Of a stretch of DNA of 40,506 nt, positions 1 to 9,500 are shown one piece after another. The stretch's first letter is position 1. Every line of letters starts with the position of its first letter. Both the position numbers and the translations under genes were made by a program. The DNA comes from Reyranella sp. (GTDB lineage: Bacteria > Pseudomonadota > Alphaproteobacteria > Reyranellales > Reyranellaceae): positions 1 to 40,506 of the forward strand of contig JBILYJ010000001.1 in NCBI GenBank assembly GCA_044377795.1, given 5' to 3'. Below the pieces are notes generated by a model. The model ran no database searches. It saw only the letters and a list, made by a program, of their open reading frames with translations, and had not been told where the DNA came from.

Positions 1-228
1 GCGGTGATTGGCAAAGCGTGCTTCGTTTCCGCCGGAAGAGCCGTCGATATTCGCGTTCCTTCCCAGTTCGAAGATGCTGTCGGCGCCGGCCGCGATCCGC
101 GCCAAGGCGACGCCATCGGCAATCCGCTCACCCTTGTACTCGATGATCTTCGTGCCCCAGGGAATCTCCTCGGCGGCAAACAGGCCATCGCCGTGAATTC
201 CCGACTTTCTCACGACTACTTTCGCCAC
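1..228 (-). CDS. SET domain-containing protein (3' part runs off the window edge)
   Basis: Not in the ORF track. Manual translation from GTG 228 (alternative ATG 246) gives VAKVVVRKSGIHGDGLFAAEEIPWGTKIIEYKGERI...NIDGSSGGNEARFANH, which contains the SET motifs SxIHGxGLFA, IIEYxGE and GNxARFxNH. Confidence 0.85.
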   Translation of the reverse strand, partial: MAKVVVRKSGIHGDGLFAAEEIPWGTKIIEYKGERIADGVALARIAAGADSIFELGRNANIDGSSGGNEARFANHR

Positions 229-515
229 GTGTCTCTCGTCGTTCATCAGTGAGCCCCCTTAGCATCCGGACGACACGGCGAGAACAAGATCGTCCGCTAT
301 CACTGATCGCGTCATGGGCGAACGAATCGAAAATTGCCCCGCCGCTGCGACTATTCGAGTTTGTTTGCCTTCGACGATGGCCTATGCTCGACACGCGTGG
401 GGCTAGGCTATTTTCGGCATACGATTGGGAAAATTAGGATGGATCCGACCGCACGCCTCGGTGCGACGCCATCTAGAACCGTGTTCCGGGGCATTTGGCT
501 TTGCGGGTTCGTGAA

Positions 516-2429
516 ATGAGCGCGAGTCTCCGCAACGCCAGCCTTCGCCAGCTGGCCTTCCTGGCCGGCGGCTTCGTCGCCCTCCTCTGCGTGGCGCTCC
601 TCACCCTCAGTTCCCTGCGTGAATTGGGACTGCGACACGAAGCGCTGAAATCCGCCGAAATCGACGTCGCAAACATCGCCCAATCGCTGGTCCAGCATGC
701 GGACGATTCATTCGAACTGGCCGACAGCCTTGTCATTGGCCTCGTGCACCGACTGGAGGCGGAGGGCACCGGACCTGGCGCGCTCCAAAGGCTCAGAAAC
801 GACATCAACCTCCGCAAGGGCACGATGGGGCGTGTCCGCGGGCTGTTCGTCTATGACGAGAACGGCCGCTGGCTCGCGACGTCGGAGTCGGTCAATCCCG
901 CCTTGTTCAACAACAGCGACCGAGAATACTTCAAGCTCCATCGGGCATCGCCCGACAAGGGGTTGCTGATCAGCAGCCCCATCAGGAGCCGCTCGGGCGG
1001 ACAGTGGGTCATCACGGCGTCGCGGCGCTTCGATCGTCCGGACGGGTCCTTTGCCGGTGTCGTGCTGGCCAGCATCGACGCAAGTTACTTCGCCGACTTC
1101 TACAAGCGCTTCGACCTCGGCCCGACGGGGGTCATCACCCTGATCGACAAGGGCGGCATCGTCCTCGCGCGAAGCGTCGACAATGAAACCTCGGTCGGCC
1201 GCGATATCTCGAGCACGCCGCTCATCCGCGACATGGACGCCCGCCGACCGGCGGGTCTCTACTATTTCAGGTCGCCATTCGACCAGACGATGCGCCTGAG
1301 CTTCTACAGGCTGAGCGACCGCTTTCCGCTTCTCATCCTTGCGACAGAAGCAAAGGACGAAGTCCTCGCGCCATGGCGCCAGGAAGCAATGATCCGCATG
1401 GCCCTCGTCCTCGGCCTGGTGGCGTTGATCGCCAGCACGGGCATCTACCTTGTGCGCCAGTTGCTGAAGGGGCAACGCATTGCGGCGGTGCTGGCCGCCA
1501 AGGAGGCGGACTTCCGGCTGCTGGCCGAGGAGTCGAGCGACATGGTCATGCGCATCGGCTTCGACGAGCGCATCATCTACGTATCGCCCTCGTGCGCTCG
1601 CCTACTCGGGTGGAGCGCCGAGCAGCTTTGCGGGACGCTCGTGCTGGCGGGGGTCAATGCCGAGGATCTGCCGCATGTGCGCGAAATCGTGCGGGCCCTG
1701 AAGGAGGGCGAGGTCGAGGAAGCCCGGCTCGTCTACCGGACGCGGCACCACCAGGGCAGTGAGATTTGGCTCGAGACCGCCCTGCGCGCGACCCACGATT
1801 CGGAATCCGGCAAGGTCAATGGCGTCGTCGCGATCTCGAGGGACATGACGGAGCACAAGGACCTCCAGGACAGGCTGGCGACCCTGGCGACCAAGGATGG
1901 CCTGACGGGACTCGCCAACCGGCGTCACTTCGACGACATGTTGCAACAGGAATGGCGGCGGGCCGAGCGCGACGGCACCGCCGTCTCGCTGGTCATGATG
2001 GACGTCGACAATTTCAAGAGGTTCAACGACCAGTATGGTCATCAGGCCGGCGATTCGTGCCTGAAGACCGTTGCCAAGGCGATTGCGGCGGAAGCGCGTC
2101 GCCCGGCCGATCTTGCCGCCCGCTACGGCGGCGAGGAGTTCGTGCTGCTGCTTCCCAACACCGACGAGGTGGGCTGCGCACTGGTCGCAGAGCGGATCCG
2201 ACAGTCCCTGGAGACCCTCAACCTCTCGCACGCCCTGAACCCGCCGACGAAGCGGGTGACGATGAGCATCGGTGGCGCGACGGGCTGGCCGAATGCCGAA
2301 ACCCAGGGCAACCATCCATCGCTGATCGCAGCGGCAGACCGGGCACTGTATGCCGCCAAGCATGCCGGTCGCGACCGTTTCGTCATGTCAGGCCAGGTCG
2401 TCGCCTGGCGGGACGCCGAGAGCGCCTGA
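516..2429 (+). CDS. Diguanylate cyclase, TM-dCache-TM-PAS-GGDEF
   Basis: Two TM segments flank a Cache-like periplasmic region (SDREYF, SSPIRSRSGGQW). A PAS domain follows, then DGLTGLANRR, an RPAD I-site and the GGEEF active site. ATG 516 preferred over TTG 495. Confidence 0.92.
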   Translation: MSASLRNASLRQLAFLAGGFVALLCVALLTLSSLRELGLRHEALKSAEIDVANIAQSLVQHADDSFELADSLVIGLVHRLEAEGTGPGALQRLRNDINLRKGTMGRVRGLFVYDENGRWLATSESVNPALFNNSDREYFKLHRASPDKGLLISSPIRSRSGGQWVITASRRFDRPDGSFAGVVLASIDASYFADFYKRFDLGPTGVITLIDKGGIVLARSVDNETSVGRDISSTPLIRDMDARRPAGLYYFRSPFDQTMRLSFYRLSDRFPLLILATEAKDEVLAPWRQEAMIRMALVLGLVALIASTGIYLVRQLLKGQRIAAVLAAKEADFRLLAEESSDMVMRIGFDERIIYVSPSCARLLGWSAEQLCGTLVLAGVNAEDLPHVREIVRALKEGEVEEARLVYRTRHHQGSEIWLETALRATHDSESGKVNGVVAISRDMTEHKDLQDRLATLATKDGLTGLANRRHFDDMLQQEWRRAERDGTAVSLVMMDVDNFKRFNDQYGHQAGDSCLKTVAKAIAAEARRPADLAARYGGEEFVLLLPNTDEVGCALVAERIRQSLETLNLSHALNPPTKRVTMSIGGATGWPNAETQGNHPSLIAAADRALYAAKHAGRDRFVMSGQVVAWRDAESA

Positions 2430-2447
2430 CCGAGGCACGCCCCAAAC

Positions 2448-3608
2448 ATGTCGATGTCGGTCGATGTCCTCACGCTCTATCTGCTGAATTTCGTGGTCGC
2501 CTTCGTGATGGCCGGGATCTACTTCTTTTCCTGGTTCCATCATCGCGACGTCGCGGGCGTACGCGGCTGGGCCACTGCCCTTGCGCTGGGAGCGCTGGGC
2601 TCCCTGGAGCTCAGCCTGCGGACCAACAGCTCGCCCCTTTCGCTGGTCATCATGGCCAACTCGCTGGTCGTTGCAGCATACGCCACCGTGTGGATGAGCG
2701 TGCGGCGGTTCAACACCGGGGAGCGCGCCCTCAAACGTGCCGTCATTCCCACGGCCCTGTTCTTCGTCATCTTCACCGCAGCCCTGGTGGGCGGCACCGA
2801 TGTCAATGTTCGCGTCGCGCTCTGCTCGTTCGCGATTGCCATCCTGTCGCTGCTTGCCGGCTGGGAAGTTCTCCGGGCCAGGATCAGCGAGCCGCTGATC
2901 AGCCGGATCCCCACGGCGCTTGCGCTTCTGATCACGTCCCTTGCCATGGTCGTGCGCATCGTCTTCTCTCTTCTCGAGGATCCGCCGCAAGACCCGGCGA
3001 CGCCTTTCTACGATCCGACCCAGGGCATCACGCTCCTCGTCAATACGATCTGCGTCGTGGCCATGACGCTCGGGTTCCTGATGATGGCCCACGAGCGGCT
3101 GAGGCATCATTACGAGAGCCTGGCGAGAACCGACGAACTGACTGCCCTGCCGAATCGCCGCTTCCTCCTCGACGAAGGGAAGCGCCTGAGGCACCCCGCC
3201 TGCGTGCTGATGATCGATCTGGACCACTTTTCCGAGGTCAACAGGGTGTTCGGCCATGCCGGCGGCGACCATGCGCTCATCGCCTTCGCGAACCTGGCAC
3301 GCGGCCAGCTGCGCCCCAGCGACCTGGTCGCCCGCTACGGTGGCGAGGAATTCTGCGCGCTGCTGCGCGACGTCGACGAGCCGGAAGCGCGGCGGATAGC
3401 GGAGCGGCTTCGCGCACGCATCGCGGACCTGTCGATCGACGTGGACGGCCGCCCCCTTCGCATCACCGCCAGCATCGGACTGGCGAGGCTCGACGGAGAC
3501 CTGGAGACGGCGATGCGCAAGGCCGACGCTGCGCTCTACCGTGCCAAGGCCCTCGGCCGCAATCAGGTGCAGAGCGCAGGAGACCTTTGCGAGACGGACG
3601 CTTCCTGA
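2448..3608 (+). CDS. Integral-membrane diguanylate cyclase (multi-TM + GGDEF)
   Basis: About 7 hydrophobic helices, then DELTALPNRR, an RPSD I-site and GGEEF. Starts 18 bp after the upstream DGC. Confidence 0.9.
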   Translation: MSMSVDVLTLYLLNFVVAFVMAGIYFFSWFHHRDVAGVRGWATALALGALGSLELSLRTNSSPLSLVIMANSLVVAAYATVWMSVRRFNTGERALKRAVIPTALFFVIFTAALVGGTDVNVRVALCSFAIAILSLLAGWEVLRARISEPLISRIPTALALLITSLAMVVRIVFSLLEDPPQDPATPFYDPTQGITLLVNTICVVAMTLGFLMMAHERLRHHYESLARTDELTALPNRRFLLDEGKRLRHPACVLMIDLDHFSEVNRVFGHAGGDHALIAFANLARGQLRPSDLVARYGGEEFCALLRDVDEPEARRIAERLRARIADLSIDVDGRPLRITASIGLARLDGDLETAMRKADAALYRAKALGRNQVQSAGDLCETDAS

Positions 3609-3615
3609 AGGAAGG

Positions 3616-4809
3616 TCAGTCCGCCGCGGGCGGCGGCCAAAATTGCCCAGCCTTCGCCATTCTCCCGATCCAGCCAACCACCTCGTCGGCGGGCATCGGC
3701 CGGGCAATCATAAAGCCCTGCGCGAAGTCGCAGCCGATCGCCTCCAGGGCATCCCATTGCGCCTGCGTCTCGATGCCTTCACCGGTCAGGCTCACCCCCT
3801 CGCGAGCCGCAAGGGCCACCAGCATCGAGGCGATGTCCCTGCCCTCCTGGTCGTCGGGCAACCGCGCCACCAGGCCACGATCCATCTTCAGATCGCTGAA
3901 GGGGTAGTATTGCAGCCGGCCAAGATCGGAATAGCCTACGCCATAGTCGTCCATCGATATCCCGACGCCCGCCGCGCGCAAGCGCGTCAGCAGGCTGCGG
4001 GCGACGGCGGGATAGCGCGCCCTCTCCGTTTCCGTGATCTCCAGGATGAGAGAGCGCGGATCCATTCCCCGAGCGTCGAGCAGGGCGAGAATCTCCTTGG
4101 CCGTCTCCAGCGAGGTGAGCACGAGGGCCGAGATGTTCACCGACATCGAAAGGGACAGCCCTTCCTTCTTCCAGGCCACCTGCTGATCGACGGCCCGCGC
4201 CAGCACCTCCCACGTCAGGGTGACGATGGCGCCCGATCGCTCGGCAAGCCCGATGAACTGGTCTGGCCCGATCAGGCCATGCTGTGGGTGTCGCCAACGC
4301 ACCAGCGCTTCGATCCGGCTGACCACGCGGCCGGGAATCGAAACGATCGGTTGGTACTGCACCTCGATTTCATCGCTTGGGATCGCATCGAGTTTGCGCA
4401 CAGCCAGGTCGCCGTGCGGTAGCTGTTCCTGCTGGGCGCCAAGGGCGGACAACGTCATGGCCACGTTGGCAAAGAAGGATGGCTTTGCGAGTACGCGAAC
4501 CACGTCGAGGCCGGCGCGAATGGCGCTCCGTCGAATGACTTCGCCGTCCACGACATCGCTGACACCGACCAGAACGGTGCGCGGACGCCAACCGGCGTCC
4601 AGAGTGTCGATGATCTTCAGGCACTGCTCACGCCCGAGATCGACATCGAGGAAGAGCCAGTCGAAATGCCGTCCCTGCAAAAAGTCCGGAAGCTCGTCCG
4701 CCGAGCCGATGGCTCGGACGGAAAAATCCAGAGCGATCGCCCTTTCGACCAACTCAGCCCGGAATTCATCATCACCGCTGACCACCAGGGCGCGGAACTT
4801 GTGCGGCAT
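3616..4809 (-). CDS. REC-EAL c-di-GMP phosphodiesterase
   Basis: N-terminal receiver-like domain (WLFLDVDL, LAKP). EAL motifs present: EALVRW, SVNIS, LEITE, DDYGVGYS, LKMD, GEGIE, QGF. Confidence 0.88.
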   Translation of the reverse strand: MPHKFRALVVSGDDEFRAELVERAIALDFSVRAIGSADELPDFLQGRHFDWLFLDVDLGREQCLKIIDTLDAGWRPRTVLVGVSDVVDGEVIRRSAIRAGLDVVRVLAKPSFFANVAMTLSALGAQQEQLPHGDLAVRKLDAIPSDEIEVQYQPIVSIPGRVVSRIEALVRWRHPQHGLIGPDQFIGLAERSGAIVTLTWEVLARAVDQQVAWKKEGLSLSMSVNISALVLTSLETAKEILALLDARGMDPRSLILEITETERARYPAVARSLLTRLRAAGVGISMDDYGVGYSDLGRLQYYPFSDLKMDRGLVARLPDDQEGRDIASMLVALAAREGVSLTGEGIETQAQWDALEAIGCDFAQGFMIARPMPADEVVGWIGRMAKAGQFWPPPAAD

Positions 4810-4941
4810 CAAACGGGTCCGAAAGGGATTGGCCAGAAGGTGGTCTCTGGTCTGCAGACACGAACGTATCGGACATGAACCGCCATGTCATGGCCGCTCG
4901 CAGTCCGAGGGCCTATGCAACCCGAAGTCGAGCGCGGCCGG

Positions 4942-6003
4942 CTAGGAGCGTTTTGCACGGGGCGCTTCCTGGCCTGCCAGGTTCGAGAGCAGCTTCAGGC
5001 TGGCCGAGTAGTAGTCGTCTTCATCGCCGATTGCGGCGACCGGCGCCGTTCCCTTGAACTCGCCGGCCACGAATTCGGTGACCGCCGCGACGGCGGCGTA
5101 ACCGCCGCTGGACGGGTACGGCGCCACGGAGCCGTCGTCGAGGTTGATCCAGGCGGGGGGCCGTCCTCCGAACCTCGGCGTCCGCCAGGCCGTCACGAAC
5201 CGGCCGAGGCGGGAGGCCTGATTGTGCCACGCCAGGTACAGCGGAATGCGTATGGCATCGAATCCGAAATGCGGCTTCCAGTCGTCGGCGACCCTGAACG
5301 CCTGCGGCCCAACCAGTAGCCAGTCCGGCGGGAGCTTGTAGTCGCCAAAGGCCGCATTGTCGCAAAGCCAGAGCCCGTCGGCTTCGAGACGCCGCCATTT
5401 CTCCCGGTCACCCGCACCCTCGGCAAAATCGTGGATTGCGGACCATACATAGTAGGAGAGATTGACCACGTAGCGATTGCCGCGCGCAAAACCCTGAAGG
5501 CCCGGCAGCAGGATCAGTCGCCCCTGGAATTCGACCGTCAGCCGCTCGAGGACGGCCGACTGGATACGCCGGGACGGCTGCAGCCAACGCGGCTCGTTCC
5601 ACTTTGCGGCGGCGCGCATGAGCGCCCAGGCGATCAGGATGTCTCCATCGGCCGCGTTGTTCTTGTCGGGAACGGGGTCGGACGTATTAGGCGACCAGCG
5701 CCAGGAAAAGAGGCCGTCGCCGCGCTGCAGCGATCTGGAGGTCCAATCCCAGATCCTCCCGAAGGACTCCTTGTCGTCGTAGCTCTGGGCAAAGAGAAGC
5801 CCCCAGCCCTGGCTCTCGGAATGGCTGACATTGTTGTTGCCGCTGTCGATCACCCGCCGGCCGTCGACGATGAAGCGGCGCTTGAAGGTCTGCCAGTCCT
5901 GATCAGCCCGGGCGGCCGTGGGACAAAGCGAAAGCGCCGCAAGGCCGACGCCCGCTTTCAGGAGCCGCCGGCGCGAACGATCGGTCACCCGACCCGGGTC
6001 CAT
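4942..6003 (-). CDS. bcsZ: Endoglucanase, GH8 (BcsZ), with Tat-type signal
   Basis: SHSESQGWGLL, NNAADGD, NLSYY and GFDAIRIPLY are GH8 motifs. SRRRLLK twin-arginine leader from ATG 6003. Last gene of the bcs cluster. Confidence 0.9.
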   Translation of the reverse strand: MDPGRVTDRSRRRLLKAGVGLAALSLCPTAARADQDWQTFKRRFIVDGRRVIDSGNNNVSHSESQGWGLLFAQSYDDKESFGRIWDWTSRSLQRGDGLFSWRWSPNTSDPVPDKNNAADGDILIAWALMRAAAKWNEPRWLQPSRRIQSAVLERLTVEFQGRLILLPGLQGFARGNRYVVNLSYYVWSAIHDFAEGAGDREKWRRLEADGLWLCDNAAFGDYKLPPDWLLVGPQAFRVADDWKPHFGFDAIRIPLYLAWHNQASRLGRFVTAWRTPRFGGRPPAWINLDDGSVAPYPSSGGYAAVAAVTEFVAGEFKGTAPVAAIGDEDDYYSASLKLLSNLAGQEAPRAKRS

Positions 6004-6005
6004 GG

Positions 6006-6494
6006 CTACAGGCCGGTCCGTTCGTAGCGAAAAACCAGCGGTGGATAGGCTCCGTTGCCGCGTTCGGCGAGCCGCATGGCAAGGCCGGGCCGCTCCGCCT
6101 GTTGGGTGAGCCAGCCTTCCAGAAGCGCCTCGAGGATCGCCGCGAAAGCCGTCTGCGCCTCGACTCCGTCGAAGACCGGATAGCCGACCACGACGAACTC
6201 GAGCGCCTTCTCGGCCTCGTAGATATCGACATGCCCCCAATCGAGAGCCTGCAGCCCGGCGTTCATCGCCGCCTTGAGTTCGGCGAGGGAGTTGGAGGCC
6301 GGGATGGCGTGTTCCCTGGAAATGGCCGAACCCGCGCCGGCCAGGATGCGCAGCGCCTGCTCGTCTCCGGCGACCTGGGAAAGCGCTGTCGTCAGCCCCT
6401 CCATCAGGCTCCGCAGGGGGGCCGGGCAGGAGCGGCGGGCGGCTACGCCCAAGGTCAAGGAATCGAATGAATTATTTGCCGGGCGGACAGCCAT
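6006..6494 (-). CDS. bcsD: Cellulose biosynthesis protein BcsD
   Basis: About 160 aa with SLAELKAAMNAGLQALDWGHVDI and ALLEGWLTQQ, typical of BcsD. Lies between bcsC and bcsZ. Confidence 0.8.
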   Translation of the reverse strand: MAVRPANNSFDSLTLGVAARRSCPAPLRSLMEGLTTALSQVAGDEQALRILAGAGSAISREHAIPASNSLAELKAAMNAGLQALDWGHVDIYEAEKALEFVVVGYPVFDGVEAQTAFAAILEALLEGWLTQQAERPGLAMRLAERGNGAYPPLVFRYERTGL

Positions 6495-6517
6495 CGAAAG
6501 TCCGTTCTGAACCAAGG

Positions 6518-9500
6518 CTAGTTAAAGGAACTCTTCAGGAATAGCAGAATTGTGCCCTGGTCGTACTGATAGGCATTGTCGAAATTGGCCTTGGCGCCGA
6601 TCGAAGTGCGCTCGGTCGCTGCATATTCGAAACCGAGGCGCAGGCCGAAGGCAATGCCTGTGTTGCTCTGCGCCGGGAAGATCGGTGCAAACGCCGCCGC
6701 TCCGGACGAGGCCAGGATGTTCGCCGCGTTCTGGAAATAGTAGTTGGTGGGAAAGAACAGCGACGAACTCTGCTGGATGCTCTGCACACCGAGGGTCGCC
6801 CCGGCGCTGTACGTGAACTTGCCCGAAGTCTCCGTCCAGTCGATGGGGAACGTCAGGCTGTAGAAGCTCTGCGGGCTGAAGTAGCCGCCCTGGCCGTAGG
6901 TGAAGTAGCTGTAATTCTGGTCGTAGCTCAGGTAGGTCGCCGAGATGCCGACCTTGAGTTCCTGGTTCTCGTCCTTGATGGGACGGAAATAGGCGCCGGC
7001 GGTGAACTCATAGGACTGATTGCTCGCTACGTTGGTGCCCATGTAGTAGCCGTAGGCGAACTTGGAATAGATGCCGAGCGTCTGGTCGTCGTAGCTGATG
7101 ATCGCTTCGCCGCCGTTGCGAGTCACCCCGCCCCAGGTCAGGCCGGTGATGGGATCGGTCACGCCGGCATAGGACAGCACGGAATCGGTGACCGACCGGC
7201 GCGACGCCTCGATCTTCAGGTTCATCTTGTCGCCGAGAGGCTGGTTCCAGGCGATGCCGCCGACGATGGTGGTGAGCGGGAAGCCGAGCGGCGTGCTGCC
7301 GACGTCGAAGGTGAGACGTCCCCAATCGAGTCCCATGCCAAAGGCGATGCCCGTAGCCTGCGCATTGTTGGGCTGCAGGCCACCCGCCAGCCCGGCAATC
7401 GCATTCGCGCCATAGCGCTGCAGGGTCGACAGGTCGCCCCCGATGGTCCCGGCGTTGATCGTCACCGGCATGATCGTTGGAACGAGGGCGGCGTTGCCGA
7501 CGGGAATGCGGGCCTTGACCGGTACGTTGATCTCGTTGATGCGACCGAGGCCCGATTCGCCGGACCGGCCGCGGAAACCGATGCCGCCTTCCACGATGAT
7601 CGCCGTCGACTTCTTCAGCGAGTTAAGCTCGCGTTCGATCTCGCGGCTGAGTGGATCGTTGTCGCTCATCGAACCCGACGGCGCACCCGGTGTCCCCGGC
7701 AGCGGCGGCGGCGTCATCGCGGTCACCGAAGTGTTCGCACTGCTTTCGCCGCCCGGCCGGCGCAACGGCACCAGCGGATTCTGCGCCACCTGGACGGGCG
7801 GCGCGGCGCGTACCGGTCCCGCCTGCGCCGTCAGGACGGCGGGCGTCGCCAGTGACGGCCGGTCCAGCGACATCACGTCGGCCCGGCTCGGCGCGCCGTC
7901 CGTACTCGTGACCGAAGCCTTCTTTGCGGCAACGCGTCGTTCGAACTCGGCCATGAACTCGGCTTCTGCGCTCCCGGCGGAGGGCCGCAGTGAAGCGGCT
8001 TCCGGCGCTCTGGCGCCGGTGTTGCCGGGCGACACGACCGCCGCTCGCTGAATGGGAGCATTGTCGACCGATGCAGGTGACGGCACCGGAAGCAGCTCGG
8101 TCTGCCCCAGACCGCGGTTGAGCTGCTGGGCGGTCTCGAGCGCGCGCTTGGCGCCCGTGCTGTCTCCCTGCGCGCGGAGCAGGCGTGCCTGGACCATGTA
8201 AAGGCGCGGATTCTGCGGTTGCAGGCGCAGCGCCTCGGCGAGCCACACATCGGCACGCTCGTATCTCCTGAGATCGATGGCGATGTTCACCGCCTGCTGC
8301 AGCGTGTCGGCATCGGCCGGCGACGACACCATGATCCCGTCGAGAACCTGGATCGCCTGCTCGCCGAAATTCGAATCCTTGTACACCCGCGCCAGCGCGA
8401 GACGGGCGCCGACGCTGGGCGACGGGCCGGAGACGTAGGGCAGCAGGACGTCGTAGGCAGCGGTCAGGTTCTTCTGCGTGCGCAGGCGGTCGGCCTGCTG
8501 GATCGCCAGCGATTCCTGGAGGTTGGCCACGTCGCGGCCGCCCGTGTTCTTGGATATGCGCGCCAGCAGCGTGCTGGCCTCGGCGTCCTGGCCCGCCTCC
8601 GACGCGGCGTAGAACATGGTGCGCAGCGTATCCGCGCTGAGGTCTTTGCGGGCCGCGAGGCGGCGGACGACCGCCATCGCCTGCGCCCGGTCGCCGATCT
8701 TGGCCAGGGCCAGGGCCGCGTTGGCCTGCTGCGACGGCGTCGCGCTCGGGGCATTGGCGCGCGCCGCCAAGGTGGCCCGCGCACCGGCATCGCCCGCCTT
8801 CGCCGCGGCGATGAGCTGATCGGTATCGCCGGCGTTGCGCAGATCGTTGCGCAGGGTGTTCATGCGCGCGGAACGCTGGTTGACCGGGATCCGGTCGAGC
8901 AAGGCCACGGCCTCGCCGGTACGCGACTGCTCGGAATAGTAGACGGCCGCCGCATAGAGGCTTTCCGGGCGCCCGCTGGCAACCAGTTCGTCGATCAGCG
9001 GCTGCGCTTCGGCGACTTTGCCCTGCCTGGCCAGCAGCTTCGCAAGGTCGTAGCGGATCCACGGGCTGGACGGATCCAGGCGCATGGCCTCGCGGTAGAG
9101 CTGTTCGGCCCGCTCGGGCTGCGAACGCTCGAGGCCGGCCGCCTGCACCCGCAGGCGCTGCGCCGCCTCCTGCGTGCCGTCCGACTGGATGCGGGTCCGC
9201 ACCGAGGGATCGAGGTTGGCGAGGAGCGGCTCGCTGCGCGTGTCGCGTCCCTGGGCGGTGAGGACCTGATAAAGACCCGCCTGCGCTTCCTTGTTCCCCG
9301 GATCGCGGCTGAGGGCATCGCGAAGGTAGCTTTCGGCCTCCCGTTGCTTGCCTTGTCGGCGCAGCAAGTCGCCCATCAGGGCCTGCGCCGTGCCGCGCTC
9401 CTTGGGTGTGCCGGCATGGTCGGCCAGGGGCCGGACAAGCTTCTCGGCCTGGGTCAGGTCTCCACGATCGCGCAGGGCGACCGCCTCCCGGTAGGACAGC

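Noticed and set aside
414-430. sigma54 promoter upstream of the first DGC (CGGCATACGATTGGG)
   Set aside because: Mismatches at both elements, TTG is off by one, and no LuxO-type boxes are nearby.
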